Shown: positions 45,514 through 55,933 of the stretch, piece by piece | Numbering within the stretch: the stretch's first letter is position 1 | How the letters are laid out: the number at the start of each line of letters is the position of its first letter | NCBI GenBank assembly: GCA_022530585.1 | Contig: CP092821.1 | Span: forward strand, 198,222 to 262,221 | Origin: Candidatus Nealsonbacteria bacterium DGGOD1a | GTDB lineage: Bacteria; Patescibacteriota; Minisyncoccia; Minisyncoccales; UBA5738 | Direction: 5' to 3' | Length of the DNA stretch: 64,000 nt | Made by a program: the position numbers and the translations under genes | Notes under the pieces: model-generated | The model's input: only the letters and a program-made list of their open reading frames with translations | What the model was told of the DNA's origin: nothing | The model's database searches: none

Positions 45514-46416
45514 TTAATTGAGCTTCAGGTTCTTGATGTATTCCCGGATGTCTTCCGAATAATCCGGGTGGTTGAGGGCGAACTCAATCACGGTTTTTAG
45601 GTATTCGGTCTTGTTGCCGGTGTCATAGTATTTTCCGTTTTTGATTTCGCAGGCGTACATCGGATAGCCTTCTTGTATCAGTTTGTTGATCGCGTCCACC
45701 AGCCAGATTTCGCCGCCTTTTGACGGTTGAAGATTTTCAATGATGCCAAAAACTTGCGGAGGAAGAATGTAGGCGCCGTGGGTGGCCAGATTGGAAGGCG
45801 CTTCTTCGGGCAAGGGTTTTTCCACGATTTTTTTAATTCGGAAAATACCGTCTTCAACTTTTTCCATATCCGCGATGCCATAGCGGGTTACATCGTCTTT
45901 GGATTCGATGCGGACTCCGGAAATAACTCCGCCGCCGTATTTTTCGTGCACATCGATGATTTGCCGCAGGCGGGGAGGATTGGCCGTGATAAATTCGTCT
46001 CCCCACATCACCGCGAAATATTCGCCGCTGATGACCGGTTTTGCGGCCAACACCGGCATGGCGTTGCCGTAGTAATCGCTCTTTTGCCGGATATATAAAA
46101 AGTTTGCCAATCCGGCGATGTCTTTAATCGTTTGCAAAGCTTTGGTTTTGCCTTGAGTTTCCAAAAATCTTTCCAGATCGCTTGATCGGTCAAAATGGTC
46201 TTCGATGGCTCGCTTTTGCCATCCGGTGATAAGAATCACATCTTTAATGCCGCTGGCGACCGCTTCTTCGACCACATATTGAATCACCGGTTTATCGATG
46301 ATCGGCAACATTTCTTTGGGCATTGCTTTGGTGGCGGGCAAAAAACGGGTGCCCCAACCCGCGGCCGGGATTACCACTTTCGTTATTTTATCTCCGGTAT
46401 TGTTTTGTTTTTGCAT
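45514..46416 (-). CDS. galU: UTP--glucose-1-phosphate uridylyltransferase
   Basis: Motifs VIPAAGWGTRFLPATKAMPKEMLPIIDKPVIQYVVEEA and VDLxxKP-like EKP. ATG at 46416; an in-frame TTG at 46431 is also possible. Confidence 0.88.
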   Translation of the reverse strand: MQKQNNTGDKITKVVIPAAGWGTRFLPATKAMPKEMLPIIDKPVIQYVVEEAVASGIKDVILITGWQKRAIEDHFDRSSDLERFLETQGKTKALQTIKDIAGLANFLYIRQKSDYYGNAMPVLAAKPVISGEYFAVMWGDEFITANPPRLRQIIDVHEKYGGGVISGVRIESKDDVTRYGIADMEKVEDGIFRIKKIVEKPLPEEAPSNLATHGAYILPPQVFGIIENLQPSKGGEIWLVDAINKLIQEGYPMYACEIKNGKYYDTGNKTEYLKTVIEFALNHPDYSEDIREYIKNLKLN

Positions 46417-46536
46417 ATTGTTTTTTCGCAACGCAAGTTTCCCTTATGAAGGGGAATCAATCTTTGAGATTTTTTCAACCGCGATTCTCGGCTGATTTGA
46501 ATTATTTGATAATAACATATTTTAAAGAATTTGCAA

Positions 46537-48510
46537 CTATTTCCAAATCCTTTTTGTGTCGGTATACCAGTCGGCGATGCCGGCGAAGCGTTGGCCCGGG
46601 CCGGTGATGATGCCGGTTTTCACTCCTTTGACATCTTTGGAAGCGATGAAAATATAACTTGGATTGTAAAGGAATATCGCGGGTTCTTCTTTGGCTATCA
46701 TATCCTGGAAAATACGCAGTTTCTCTTCGCGCGCGTTTTGGTCGGTTAGGCCGCGTATTTCTTCCAGAAGCTTATCGGCGTCTTTGTTTTCGTATTGCGC
46801 GAAATTTAATCCCGGATCGGCTTTTTGGCTGGAATGCCAGAAAGGGTACGGGTCGGGGATCGTGCCCAGCGCTTGTCCGAAAAGCAAGGCTTCGTAGGCG
46901 CGCGGTTTGACGCTGTCGCGTTCGATATTGGCAATATCCACCGCGTTGATATTCACGGTTACGCCAATTTTGGCCCATTGGTTTTTGATGATTTGGGCCA
47001 CCGCGTTGAACGGCTCTTGTTTGGCGATAGTTAAGGTTATGTTTAATTGCGCGGTTGTGTTGCCCGAAGGGAAACAAACCGCGTTTAATTTCTCGCGCGT
47101 GGCAAGCTTGACTTCGCCGGTGGCTTTCTCGATCTTTTGCGGATCAAGAATGTCGGCGCGGTATTTTTCTTGGAATAATTTAACCGCTTCCAAGGTTTGA
47201 TCGCCGAAATTGCCGTTGGCTTCCAAAGAGGGCATTACTTCGCGGGCCAGGCATTTTTGCAGTTCTTTTACATCGGAGTTCAAGTTCGTTCCTTTTACCA
47301 GCGTTTTGTTGAATTGAAATGCCGGTTGCCGGCTGGTGTTTTTCGCCCGCAAACCGTCCGATCCCTGTTTGTAGCCGGCATCGTCAAGGATTTGGTTCGC
47401 TTTTTGAATGTCGTAATCATAAACTGTTGCCGGAGCCGCGAGAGAATATATATCCGTTGGCACGGGCGAATCAACGGTTGCGCCTTTGCCGCCCAAGGCA
47501 TTGGTCAGTATCTCGTTTTTATCGGTGGCGTAAGCCAATGCCGCGCGCACCTGCGCGTCTTCAAGAACTTTGTTGGCGTCGGGGTTGAAAAATATCGCGA
47601 AATAGCGCGGCATTGAATAATTGAAAGAATTCGCGCCCGCCAGTCCGGAGACGCCGATATCCGCGGAAGGGACGAAGCCTTGCACGCGCCCGCGCTTAAA
47701 GGCCGAGACCAGATCGGCGTAATTGTCAAAGAAAACAAAGGTTATCTTTTGCAGGTTCGATTTTTGGCCGTAAAATTTGGGATTTCTTTCCAATTCGATT
47801 GATGTGGCCTGGCCGTCTTTGGCAAGATTCAGTTTTTTAACGAGGTATGCTCCGGAAACTACCGGATTCAGATTGAACGGCGAAAGCGGAAAATTATCCG
47901 AATTGGCGGCGGTCCAAATATGCGAGGGAATGAGCTTGAGAGTGCAATTTTCCAAGAAAGAAGCGTAAGGATTTTTCAATTTGAGGCGGAAGCCGGTGTC
48001 GGAAATTTTTTCGGTTTCCACGCCGATCCATTGCGGCCGCAAAGGACTTTTATAGGCCGGGTCCTGGATGGTTTTGATGGTATAAATCGCGTCTTCGCTG
48101 GTAATCGGCGCGCCGTCGGACCAATAAAGGTTGTCTTTTAATGTGAATTCATAGGTTTTGCCATCATCGGAGATATTATAGTCGGCCAATCCGCTCGTGA
48201 TTCGGCCGTTTGAATCGTATTCCAGCAATCCGGCAAAAAGCAGGCGCGCGATATCCTGGTCGGCGCTGTATGAATCCGAATAGACCGGATTCAAAAAACG
48301 CGGTTGGCCCACAATGCCTTCGATGTAACTGCCGTTATCGGCGGCGACAGTCATTGTGCGGTTGGCGTACAAGGCCGCGGTTAAAGTTATCGCCGAAGCA
48401 ACCGCCAAAAACGCAAAAATAAAAAACGCCGGTTTTTCTTTGCGGGAGAGGATTTTAAAAAATTGCTTCCATTGAACGAGCGAAGGAAACTTCATTAATT
48501 CGCTTCGCAA
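46537..48510 (-). CDS. extracellular solute-binding protein, family 5 (peptide/nickel type) with inserted peptidoglycan-binding-like domain
   Basis: 657 aa. N-terminal anchor, then SBP_bac_5-like body (YIEGIVGQPRFLNP, YEFTLKDNLYWSDGAPITSED). Residues ~401-480 (DVKELQKCLAR...GNFGDQTLEAVKLFQEKY) resemble the PG_binding_1 domain of the 10824 protein. Confidence 0.75.
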   Translation of the reverse strand: MRSELMKFPSLVQWKQFFKILSRKEKPAFFIFAFLAVASAITLTAALYANRTMTVAADNGSYIEGIVGQPRFLNPVYSDSYSADQDIARLLFAGLLEYDSNGRITSGLADYNISDDGKTYEFTLKDNLYWSDGAPITSEDAIYTIKTIQDPAYKSPLRPQWIGVETEKISDTGFRLKLKNPYASFLENCTLKLIPSHIWTAANSDNFPLSPFNLNPVVSGAYLVKKLNLAKDGQATSIELERNPKFYGQKSNLQKITFVFFDNYADLVSAFKRGRVQGFVPSADIGVSGLAGANSFNYSMPRYFAIFFNPDANKVLEDAQVRAALAYATDKNEILTNALGGKGATVDSPVPTDIYSLAAPATVYDYDIQKANQILDDAGYKQGSDGLRAKNTSRQPAFQFNKTLVKGTNLNSDVKELQKCLAREVMPSLEANGNFGDQTLEAVKLFQEKYRADILDPQKIEKATGEVKLATREKLNAVCFPSGNTTAQLNITLTIAKQEPFNAVAQIIKNQWAKIGVTVNINAVDIANIERDSVKPRAYEALLFGQALGTIPDPYPFWHSSQKADPGLNFAQYENKDADKLLEEIRGLTDQNAREEKLRIFQDMIAKEEPAIFLYNPSYIFIASKDVKGVKTGIITGPGQRFAGIADWYTDTKRIWK

Positions 48511-48623
48511 TTTTCAATTTTTCCGCCAAAGGACGGGTCCGCCTCCGGCGGACAATTTTCAAACAAAATACAAATTCGCATTTCGTTTGATATATTGAAT
48601 CATTGAAAATTGGAGTTTGAAAA
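48511..48623. repeat. AT-rich palindromic intergenic module, P3 dialect, with embedded GC hairpin
   Basis: gcaattttcaattttt-ccgccaaaggacgggtccgcctccggcggac-aattttcaaac...gaaaattggagtttgaaaatt. The GC module is repeated at 49431-49466. Confidence 0.55.
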
Positions 48624-48845
48624 TTATTTTTGGAACAGGTTGTAGATTGCCAAGCCGATGAAAACGACCGCCAGGGCGATGGTGGCGCGGAATATCTTTT
48701 TTTGGATGCCGCGCTGGGTCGAATAAGCGCCGCTGGATTGTCCGAACGCCGAACCCAAGCCCGCGCCGCCGCGCTGTTGCAGTAAAACCAAGCCGATGAT
48801 GGCCGCGGAAATCACGATTTGAACGATGGCGATAATATTGTCCAT
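48624..48845 (-). CDS. secG: preprotein translocase subunit SecG
   Basis: 73 aa with two TM helices and a Gly-rich loop LLQQRGGAGLGSAFGQSSGAYSTQRG. Confidence 0.8.
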   Translation of the reverse strand: MDNIIAIVQIVISAAIIGLVLLQQRGGAGLGSAFGQSSGAYSTQRGIQKKIFRATIALAVVFIGLAIYNLFQK

Positions 48846-49171
48846 AAAATAGAATTAAATATCATTATTGTCAGGGTCGCGGCCAAAAGCGGCCAAATTC
48901 CTTGAATGCGCAATTCCGGCACCAGGGCGTCGGCCAGCCAAACCATTGACATATCTATTACTAAACTAAATAAATTTAAAGTCAAGATTCGCAGGGGCAG
49001 CGACAACAATTTCAAGATCGGCGCGATTGCCAGATTCAGCAGGGCGATGCAAAATCCGGCAAACAGCAAAATTTGCCATTCGCCGCTATATTCAATGTTT
49101 GGCACGAACCGCGCCGCGACATACAGTCCCATCCCGCTTCCGATTGTGTAAGCGATCAATTTTCCCAACAT
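48812..49171 (-). CDS. small 4-TM membrane protein (phage-holin-4_2/DUF360-like)
   Basis: 119 aa. GLYVAARFVPNIEYSGEWQILLFAGFCIALLNLAIAPILKLLSLPLRILTLNLFSLVID fits that family's pattern. It overlaps the secG start by 34 nt. Confidence 0.55.
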   Translation of the reverse strand: MLGKLIAYTIGSGMGLYVAARFVPNIEYSGEWQILLFAGFCIALLNLAIAPILKLLSLPLRILTLNLFSLVIDMSMVWLADALVPELRIQGIWPLLAATLTIMIFNSILWTILSPSFKS

Positions 49172-49394
49172 TTAATTTGAATTGAGGTCGTTCCCCTGCG
49201 AAGCTTGGCGTAGCAGGGGTGCGACCTCGGCAAACTGTATTTTGAATTCCGTATCATTCTTCCATTCTACCAAACCCTACTGAATTGGCAATAAAAAATG
49301 TAAATCATTTTGACAAGAATTTGACAAACAATTTGGGAAATTATACATAGATAGTACGGATTATCAGTCGAAGGTCGCGATTGATAATCGCAAA

Positions 49395-49611
49395 CATTAA
49401 AACAATTTTCAATTTTCAAACTCCAATTTTCCCGCCAAAGGACGGATCCGCCTCCGGCGGACAATGAATTTCCAAATTGAGCGTAGCGAAATCAAGCTTT
49501 GCTTATTTTCAATGAATCAAACAGAATGCCAATTTAAATTTTGTTTGTAATATTGGAATTTGGAACATTCATCGAAAATTGATAATTGGAAATTGAAAAT
49601 TATCCAGAATT
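49395..49611. repeat. AT-rich palindromic intergenic module(s), P3 dialect, upstream of groES
   Basis: caattttcaattttcaaactccaatttt-cccgccaaaggacggatccgcctccggcggac-...-gaaaattgataattggaaattgaaaatt. Confidence 0.55.
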
Positions 49612-49908
49612 ATGAAAATATCTCCGTGCGCCGATAATATATTGATCGAATCGATCAAAGGCGAAGAAAAAACCAAATCAGGCATATTTTTACCGGAAAC
49701 CGCTTCAAAGGAACGGCCCGAACAGGGCAAGGTGATTGCCGCGGGTCCGGGCAAAAAAAATAAAAAGGGCGAAATAATCCCTGTTTCAATAAAAGTGGGC
49801 CAGAAAGTTTTGTTTTCAAAATACGGCCCCAACGAAATCAAAGTCGACGGCAAAGAATATTTGATCGCCAAAGAAGACGATATACTTGCGATAATCGAAG
49901 AAAATTAA
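49612..49908 (+). CDS. groES: co-chaperonin GroES
   Basis: 98 aa. Motifs P..D.ILIE....EEKTKSGIFLPETA, GKVIAAGPG and KVGQKVLFSKYG. Confidence 0.95.
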   Translation: MKISPCADNILIESIKGEEKTKSGIFLPETASKERPEQGKVIAAGPGKKNKKGEIIPVSIKVGQKVLFSKYGPNEIKVDGKEYLIAKEDDILAIIEEN

Positions 49909-51654
<1,746 letters not shown>

Positions 51655-51693
51655 AGAAATAATCATTGATAAATTATCATTGATTGGCGCAAA

Positions 51694-51720
51694 CGCCCCC
51701 GCAAGGGGGCGCTTGCTTTT
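51694..51720 (+). terminator. terminator-like hairpin after groEL
   Basis: cgccccc-gcaa-gggggcg followed by cttgctttt. Confidence 0.6.
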
Positions 51721-51752
51721 GACAAGCTGGTTAAAAGTGTTAAATTCAAAAT

Positions 51753-51986
51753 ATGAAACAGATGTTGCATTATAATATTATTTTGCGGCCCGAGCCGGAG
51801 GGCGGTTTTACGGTGTTGGTGCCGGCATTGCCCGGGTGCGTCACCTATGGCAAGGATTTAGACGAAGCGCGGCGAATGGCAAAAGAAGCGATTGAATTAT
51901 ACATAGAAGATTTAAAGGCGCATAAAGATGAAATTCCCAATGGCAGGGATTATTTGATCTCGTCTTTGGAAATCGTTTCCGTCTAA
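51753..51986 (+). CDS. hicB: HicB-family antitoxin (UPF0150 fold)
   Basis: 77 aa. YNIILRPEPEGGFTVLVPALPGCVTYGKDLDEARRMAKEAIELYIEDL is the classic HicB N-domain pattern. Confidence 0.8.
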   Translation: MKQMLHYNIILRPEPEGGFTVLVPALPGCVTYGKDLDEARRMAKEAIELYIEDLKAHKDEIPNGRDYLISSLEIVSV

Positions 51987-51987
51987 T

Positions 51988-52212
51988 ATGGCCAAACTAC
52001 CCGCGATTACCCCGAAAAAGCTGATAAGCATATTGGAGAAATCCGGCTTTGCGGTGAGTCGCGTTTCGGGCAGTCATGTTATTTTGAATCGTCCGACTGA
52101 CAAAAGAAGGATAATCGTGCCTTGCCATACGAAAGATTTGCCGAAAGGAACATTGATGTCAATTTTGCATGAGGCGGGAATTGATAAAGATCAATTAAAA
52201 GATTTGGTTTAA
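51988..52212 (+). CDS. hicA: HicA mRNA-interferase toxin
   Basis: 74 aa. PKKLISILEKSGFAVSRVSGSHVILNRP....IVPCHTKDLPKGTLMSILHEAG, including the catalytic GSH motif. It starts 2 nt after hicB. Confidence 0.85.
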   Translation: MAKLPAITPKKLISILEKSGFAVSRVSGSHVILNRPTDKRRIIVPCHTKDLPKGTLMSILHEAGIDKDQLKDLV

Positions 52213-52376
52213 ATAAATATGGAAATTTTGATCAATCAAGATTTTTGTTGCCGCGGCTTCACTTTTATCAAAAAGCGGCGTTTTGTGAATGTAAAGCGTA
52301 AAGCGTGAAACTCAAAGTTCAATATTCAAAGTTTATTCATCGCCGCCCGGGAGCGGTTTTTAATTTTATTCACACA

Positions 52377-52775
52377 ATGCCCAAATATCAAATCAAAAAC
52401 ATTGCCGCCGGTTTGTTGAAACCCCACGAAGAAATTTGCCCGATTCATTCGCGAAACTTGCTGGCTCAAATCAAAAAAGACCGATGCCTCAAAAATCCGA
52501 TAATCGTCGACAAAGATACGATGGTGATTTTGGACGGCCATCATCGTTATAATTTGTTGAAACTGCTGGGTTGTAATTTTATTCCGTGCTGTTTGGTTGA
52601 TTATCAAGCCCCGGAGATCGGCGTTTCCTGCTGGCGCGAGGGTGAAAAAATCAGCAAAAAAGAAGTTCTTGCCGCCGGCTTATCCGGCAAGCTGTTGCCT
52701 CAAAAAACTTCTCGCCATATCATTCCCGACCGCCCCATCGGCATGGATATCGCGCTTTCGGAATTGAAATTGTGA
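52377..52775 (+). CDS. ParB/Srx-fold nuclease-domain protein (stand-alone)
   Basis: ATG at 52377. LLKPHEEI...NPIIVDKDTMVILDGHHRYNLLKLLG matches the ParB-like N-terminal nuclease domain. There is no HTH/dimerisation part. Confidence 0.65.
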   Translation: MPKYQIKNIAAGLLKPHEEICPIHSRNLLAQIKKDRCLKNPIIVDKDTMVILDGHHRYNLLKLLGCNFIPCCLVDYQAPEIGVSCWREGEKISKKEVLAAGLSGKLLPQKTSRHIIPDRPIGMDIALSELKL

Positions 52776-52776
52776 C

Positions 52777-52893
52777 CGTTCGCCGGGATGCGGGTTTTCG
52801 TATTTCAAAAGGGTCTATTCTTGCTGCCCGTCCCGAAGCTTGTCCCGAGATTAACGAGGGATAGACCCTTGAAATCCCGTCCCCGGCGAATCG
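52777..52893. repeat. long palindromic element related to the GGGATAGACCC family (variant M3)
   Basis: The arms cgttcgccgggatgcgggttttcgtatttcaaaagggtctat and atagacccttgaaatcccgtccccggcgaatcg are inverted. The core gggtctat/atagaccc is shared with 7388-7432 and 57422-57466. Confidence 0.5.
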
Positions 52894-53118
52894 TTGCTTG
52901 AAATTACCTTTACAATCCGTGGCCTTATTATAAAGTAAAGATGGAGGTAATTACTTTAAATTATGGGATTGGTCCGCAGTGAAAAATTTTGAATTGGAAT
53001 CGCGTCGGAAAAAATTTTGAAATATACTTGGCAAAAAGTATGTTGAAAATTTTTTTCAACGGCACAACCCAAAATAAAATTTTGTAGTGGGATTGATTTC
53101 GTAATTCAAAGGAATAAG

Positions 53119-55086
53119 ATGATTTTATTTATGCGCTCGCTGTTTTTGCTATCGTTGGTTTTTTTTGGGTTTTCGGCGCTGAATGCCGATGCCGCCAGCG
53201 GTTATTTTATCAAGGTAAACACCCACACCCATACGGCATGGGATAATACTAATGGTTACGGGTCCGATGGGCGAAACACTTTGGCGGAAATGGTTGATGC
53301 TTACAAATCAAAGGGATATAATTTGCTGGTGATCACCGATCATAATTCCTATGATGGAACAAAAACAAGCAGTTTGACTCAAGGTTATTTTGTAAATCGG
53401 GTCAATCCTTTTACGCCTTGCGATTCTTACAGCGATCCGGCGAACAAGTTTTTGTGCATCAGCGGCGAAGAGCTGACTCCCGGCATTGGAGTTTTCGGCG
53501 ATCATGCTCATCATGCCTTATTGGTGGGAGGAAAAAAACCATGGACAAATTTCGATGATAACGCGGATAATATCAAGAAAGCTTTCAGTTCGACGATATC
53601 TCAAGGAGGTTTTGCGGTTATTGCCCATCCAAGCTCAAAAAATCCGCTTTATGATCACAAAGGATTCAAGTTGGCGGACAATGAAACATATTGGACGCTT
53701 CCCGAATTAAAGAGTTTTGATTATACCGCGATGGAAATTAGCGCCACTACATCTGTCGCGTGGTGGGACGAGGTTCTGAAGTCCAAGCTTGACAGAAAAG
53801 TTTTTGGAATTCTTGGCGACGACGCGCACAGCGCGGCGGCGGCGGGGAAAAAATGGATACAGGCGTATGTGGCGGAATTGTCAAAAGAAGCGTTTCTAAA
53901 CGCGGTCAATCAGGGATACTTTTATTCTTCTACCGGGCCAAGTATGAATAGCGACGCGTTTTCATTTAAATGCGACAATGGCACAACTTACAATATGGGC
54001 CAAACCATTGGAACCATTGAATGCGGTAAAGGAAAATTCAAAGCCGGCGTGGTTGCCAGTGCCTCAAACGCTTTCGTTAAAAATATCAAAATCATTAAAA
54101 ACGGAGCGGTGATTTATAATAAAACTGATTGCCCAAAAGCTCAACAGTGTTCGTTTGAGTTTCCTCAAACAATAAAGGATGCCGCTTATTACCGTATGGA
54201 AGCCACGGATTCGGCGGGTAAATCATTATGGAGCAATCCAATCTGGTCGGTGGTTGAGTCCGCCCGTGTTGCCGTGTGCGCCAATGATTGCGCTTCCGGT
54301 ACCAAGCAATGCAGCGGCAACGGCGTCCAGACCTGCGGCAATTACGATACCGACAGCTGTCTGGAATGGTCTTTGCCAACCCCTTGCTCCTCCGGCCAGA
54401 TTTGTTCCTCGGGTTCTTGTTCCGCCGCCAGTTGTACCGGAGAATGTTCCGAATCCGGTACCAAGCAATGCAGCGGCAACGGCGTCCAGACCTGCGGCAA
54501 TTACGATACCGACAGCTGTCTGGAATGGAGCGCGGCGGTTAATTGCGCTTCCGGCCAGACCTGCTCCCAGGGCGTTTGCGTTGCCGCGTGCGCCAATGAT
54601 TGCGCTTCCGGTACCAAGCAATGCAGCGGCAACGGCGTCCAGACCTGCGGCAATTACGATACCGACAGCTGTCTGGAATGGTCTTTGCCAACCCCTTGCT
54701 CCTCCGGCCAGATTTGTTCCTCGGGTTCTTGTTCCGCCGCCAGTTGTACCGGAGAATGTTCCGAATCCGGCGCCAAGCAATGCAGCGGCAACGGCGTCCA
54801 GACCTGCGGCAATTACGATACCGACAGCTGTCTGGAATGGTCTTTGCCAACCCCTTGCTCCTCCGGCCAGATTTGTTCCTCGGGTTCTTGTTCCGCCGCC
54901 AGTTGTACCGGAGAATGTTCCGAATCCGGCGCCAATAGCAGCGATTATGATATCGATAGCGCTGATCAGGTTTGTCCCAACGGCGTTTGTTCAAATTTGG
55001 ATTATATACAATCGCAGATCAATGTGATACAAAAAGCAATCAGCCGGCTCTTTGACCTGTTGGCAGCATTGAGAGAGGGCCGTTAA
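53119..55086 (+). CDS. secreted PHP-domain phosphoesterase fused to 4.3 copies of the 52-aa Cys-rich module
   Basis: Signal ..SALNADA|AS. PHP motifs KVNTHTHTAWD, LLVITDHN, AIAHP and GDDAH. Then CANDCASGTKQCSGNGVQTCGNYDTDSCLEWS... repeats, and a C-terminal amphipathic helix. Confidence 0.7.
   Translation: MILFMRSLFLLSLVFFGFSALNADAASGYFIKVNTHTHTAWDNTNGYGSDGRNTLAEMVDAYKSKGYNLLVITDHNSYDGTKTSSLTQGYFVNRVNPFTPCDSYSDPANKFLCISGEELTPGIGVFGDHAHHALLVGGKKPWTNFDDNADNIKKAFSSTISQGGFAVIAHPSSKNPLYDHKGFKLADNETYWTLPELKSFDYTAMEISATTSVAWWDEVLKSKLDRKVFGILGDDAHSAAAAGKKWIQAYVAELSKEAFLNAVNQGYFYSSTGPSMNSDAFSFKCDNGTTYNMGQTIGTIECGKGKFKAGVVASASNAFVKNIKIIKNGAVIYNKTDCPKAQQCSFEFPQTIKDAAYYRMEATDSAGKSLWSNPIWSVVESARVAVCANDCASGTKQCSGNGVQTCGNYDTDSCLEWSLPTPCSSGQICSSGSCSAASCTGECSESGTKQCSGNGVQTCGNYDTDSCLEWSAAVNCASGQTCSQGVCVAACANDCASGTKQCSGNGVQTCGNYDTDSCLEWSLPTPCSSGQICSSGSCSAASCTGECSESGAKQCSGNGVQTCGNYDTDSCLEWSLPTPCSSGQICSSGSCSAASCTGECSESGANSSDYDIDSADQVCPNGVCSNLDYIQSQINVIQKAISRLFDLLAALREGR
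54277..54935 (+). repeat. tandem coding repeats (~156-nt unit, 312-nt higher-order period)
   Basis: tgcgccaatgattgcgcttccggtaccaagcaatgcagcggcaacggcgtccagacctgcggcaattacgataccgacagctgtctggaatgg recurs at 54277 and 54589. tgtaccggagaatgttccgaatccgg units alternate with it. Confidence 0.85.
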
Positions 55087-55152
55087 TTTTGGCAGGGGAA
55101 TCTTGATTATCATTTACAATTTTGAATTTTATTGTAGAGTAGAATTACAATA

Positions 55153-55267
55153 ATAAAAAAATACATTGATGTCGGGGCATTAACCCCGCCATCAACCAAA
55201 GGATGTTTCCTTTGGAATTCTCATTCTTTTTGTTCCCCGCAGCGAGCTGACGGGGTATAAAAAGAAT
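55153..55267 (-). repeat. three-hairpin repeat element, copy C
   Basis: The reverse complement reads ttctttttataccccgtcagctcgctgcggggaacaaaaagaatgagaattccaaaggaaacatcctttggttgatggcggggttaatgccccgacatcaatgtatttttttat. Confidence 0.6.
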
Positions 55268-55275
55268 CAAAAAAT

Positions 55276-55842
55276 ATGGATATTATCACAATCGGTATTT
55301 TGGCGGTCGCGGCGGTTTTTTTCGTGTGGCTGGTTTCGGCCTATAACGGTTTGGTGGCGTTGAAAAACCGCGCCAAAGAAGCGTGGGCCGATATTGATGT
55401 GCAATTAAAACGCCGGTATGATTTGATTCCCAATTTGATGGAAACCGTGAAGGGTTACGCGGCGCACGAAAAACAAGTGTTGGAAAATGTCACCGCGGCC
55501 AGATCCGCGGCGATGGACGCCAAGACGCCGGAAGAGAAAATCGAAAAAGAAAACGCGCTGTCGCAAACCTTAAAGAGCCTGTTTGCCGTGGCGGAAAACT
55601 ATCCCGATTTGAAAGCATCGGCGAACTTTTTGGAACTTCAGCGCGAATTGTCCGATACCGAAGACAAAATTCAGGCGGCGCGCCGGTTCTATAACGGCAA
55701 TGTGCGCGACTTCAATATCAAGATCGAAAGCTTTCCGTCAAATATCGTGGCCGGCATATTCAGCTTCAAGCAAATGGCGCTGTTTGAAATCGCCAACCAA
55801 GCCGAACGCGAAGCTCCCAAGGTGAGCTTTGAGCAGAAATAA
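55276..55842 (+). CDS. lemA: LemA family protein
   Basis: 188 aa. N-terminal TM, YNGLVALKNRAKEAWADIDVQLKRRYDLIPNL, ENYPDLKA and ARRFYNGNVRDFN. Confidence 0.88.
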   Translation: MDIITIGILAVAAVFFVWLVSAYNGLVALKNRAKEAWADIDVQLKRRYDLIPNLMETVKGYAAHEKQVLENVTAARSAAMDAKTPEEKIEKENALSQTLKSLFAVAENYPDLKASANFLELQRELSDTEDKIQAARRFYNGNVRDFNIKIESFPSNIVAGIFSFKQMALFEIANQAEREAPKVSFEQK

Positions 55843-55933
55843 AACTTTTAATGTTTATAATTTCTTCGCGCTGTTTTTATAAAAAAACGGCGCGGATTTG
55901 TCTTGTCGGAGAATTTCAATTTTTCATTTTTTT

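Noticed and set aside
49172-49611. CIRCE/HrcA operator (TTAGCACTC-N9-GAGTGCTAA) upstream of groES
   Set aside because: I searched the 440-nt upstream region by eye and found no match to either half-site. Only the P3-type AT-rich modules, a GC hairpin at 49193-49237 and a TTGACA-containing stretch at ~49310-49345 are present.
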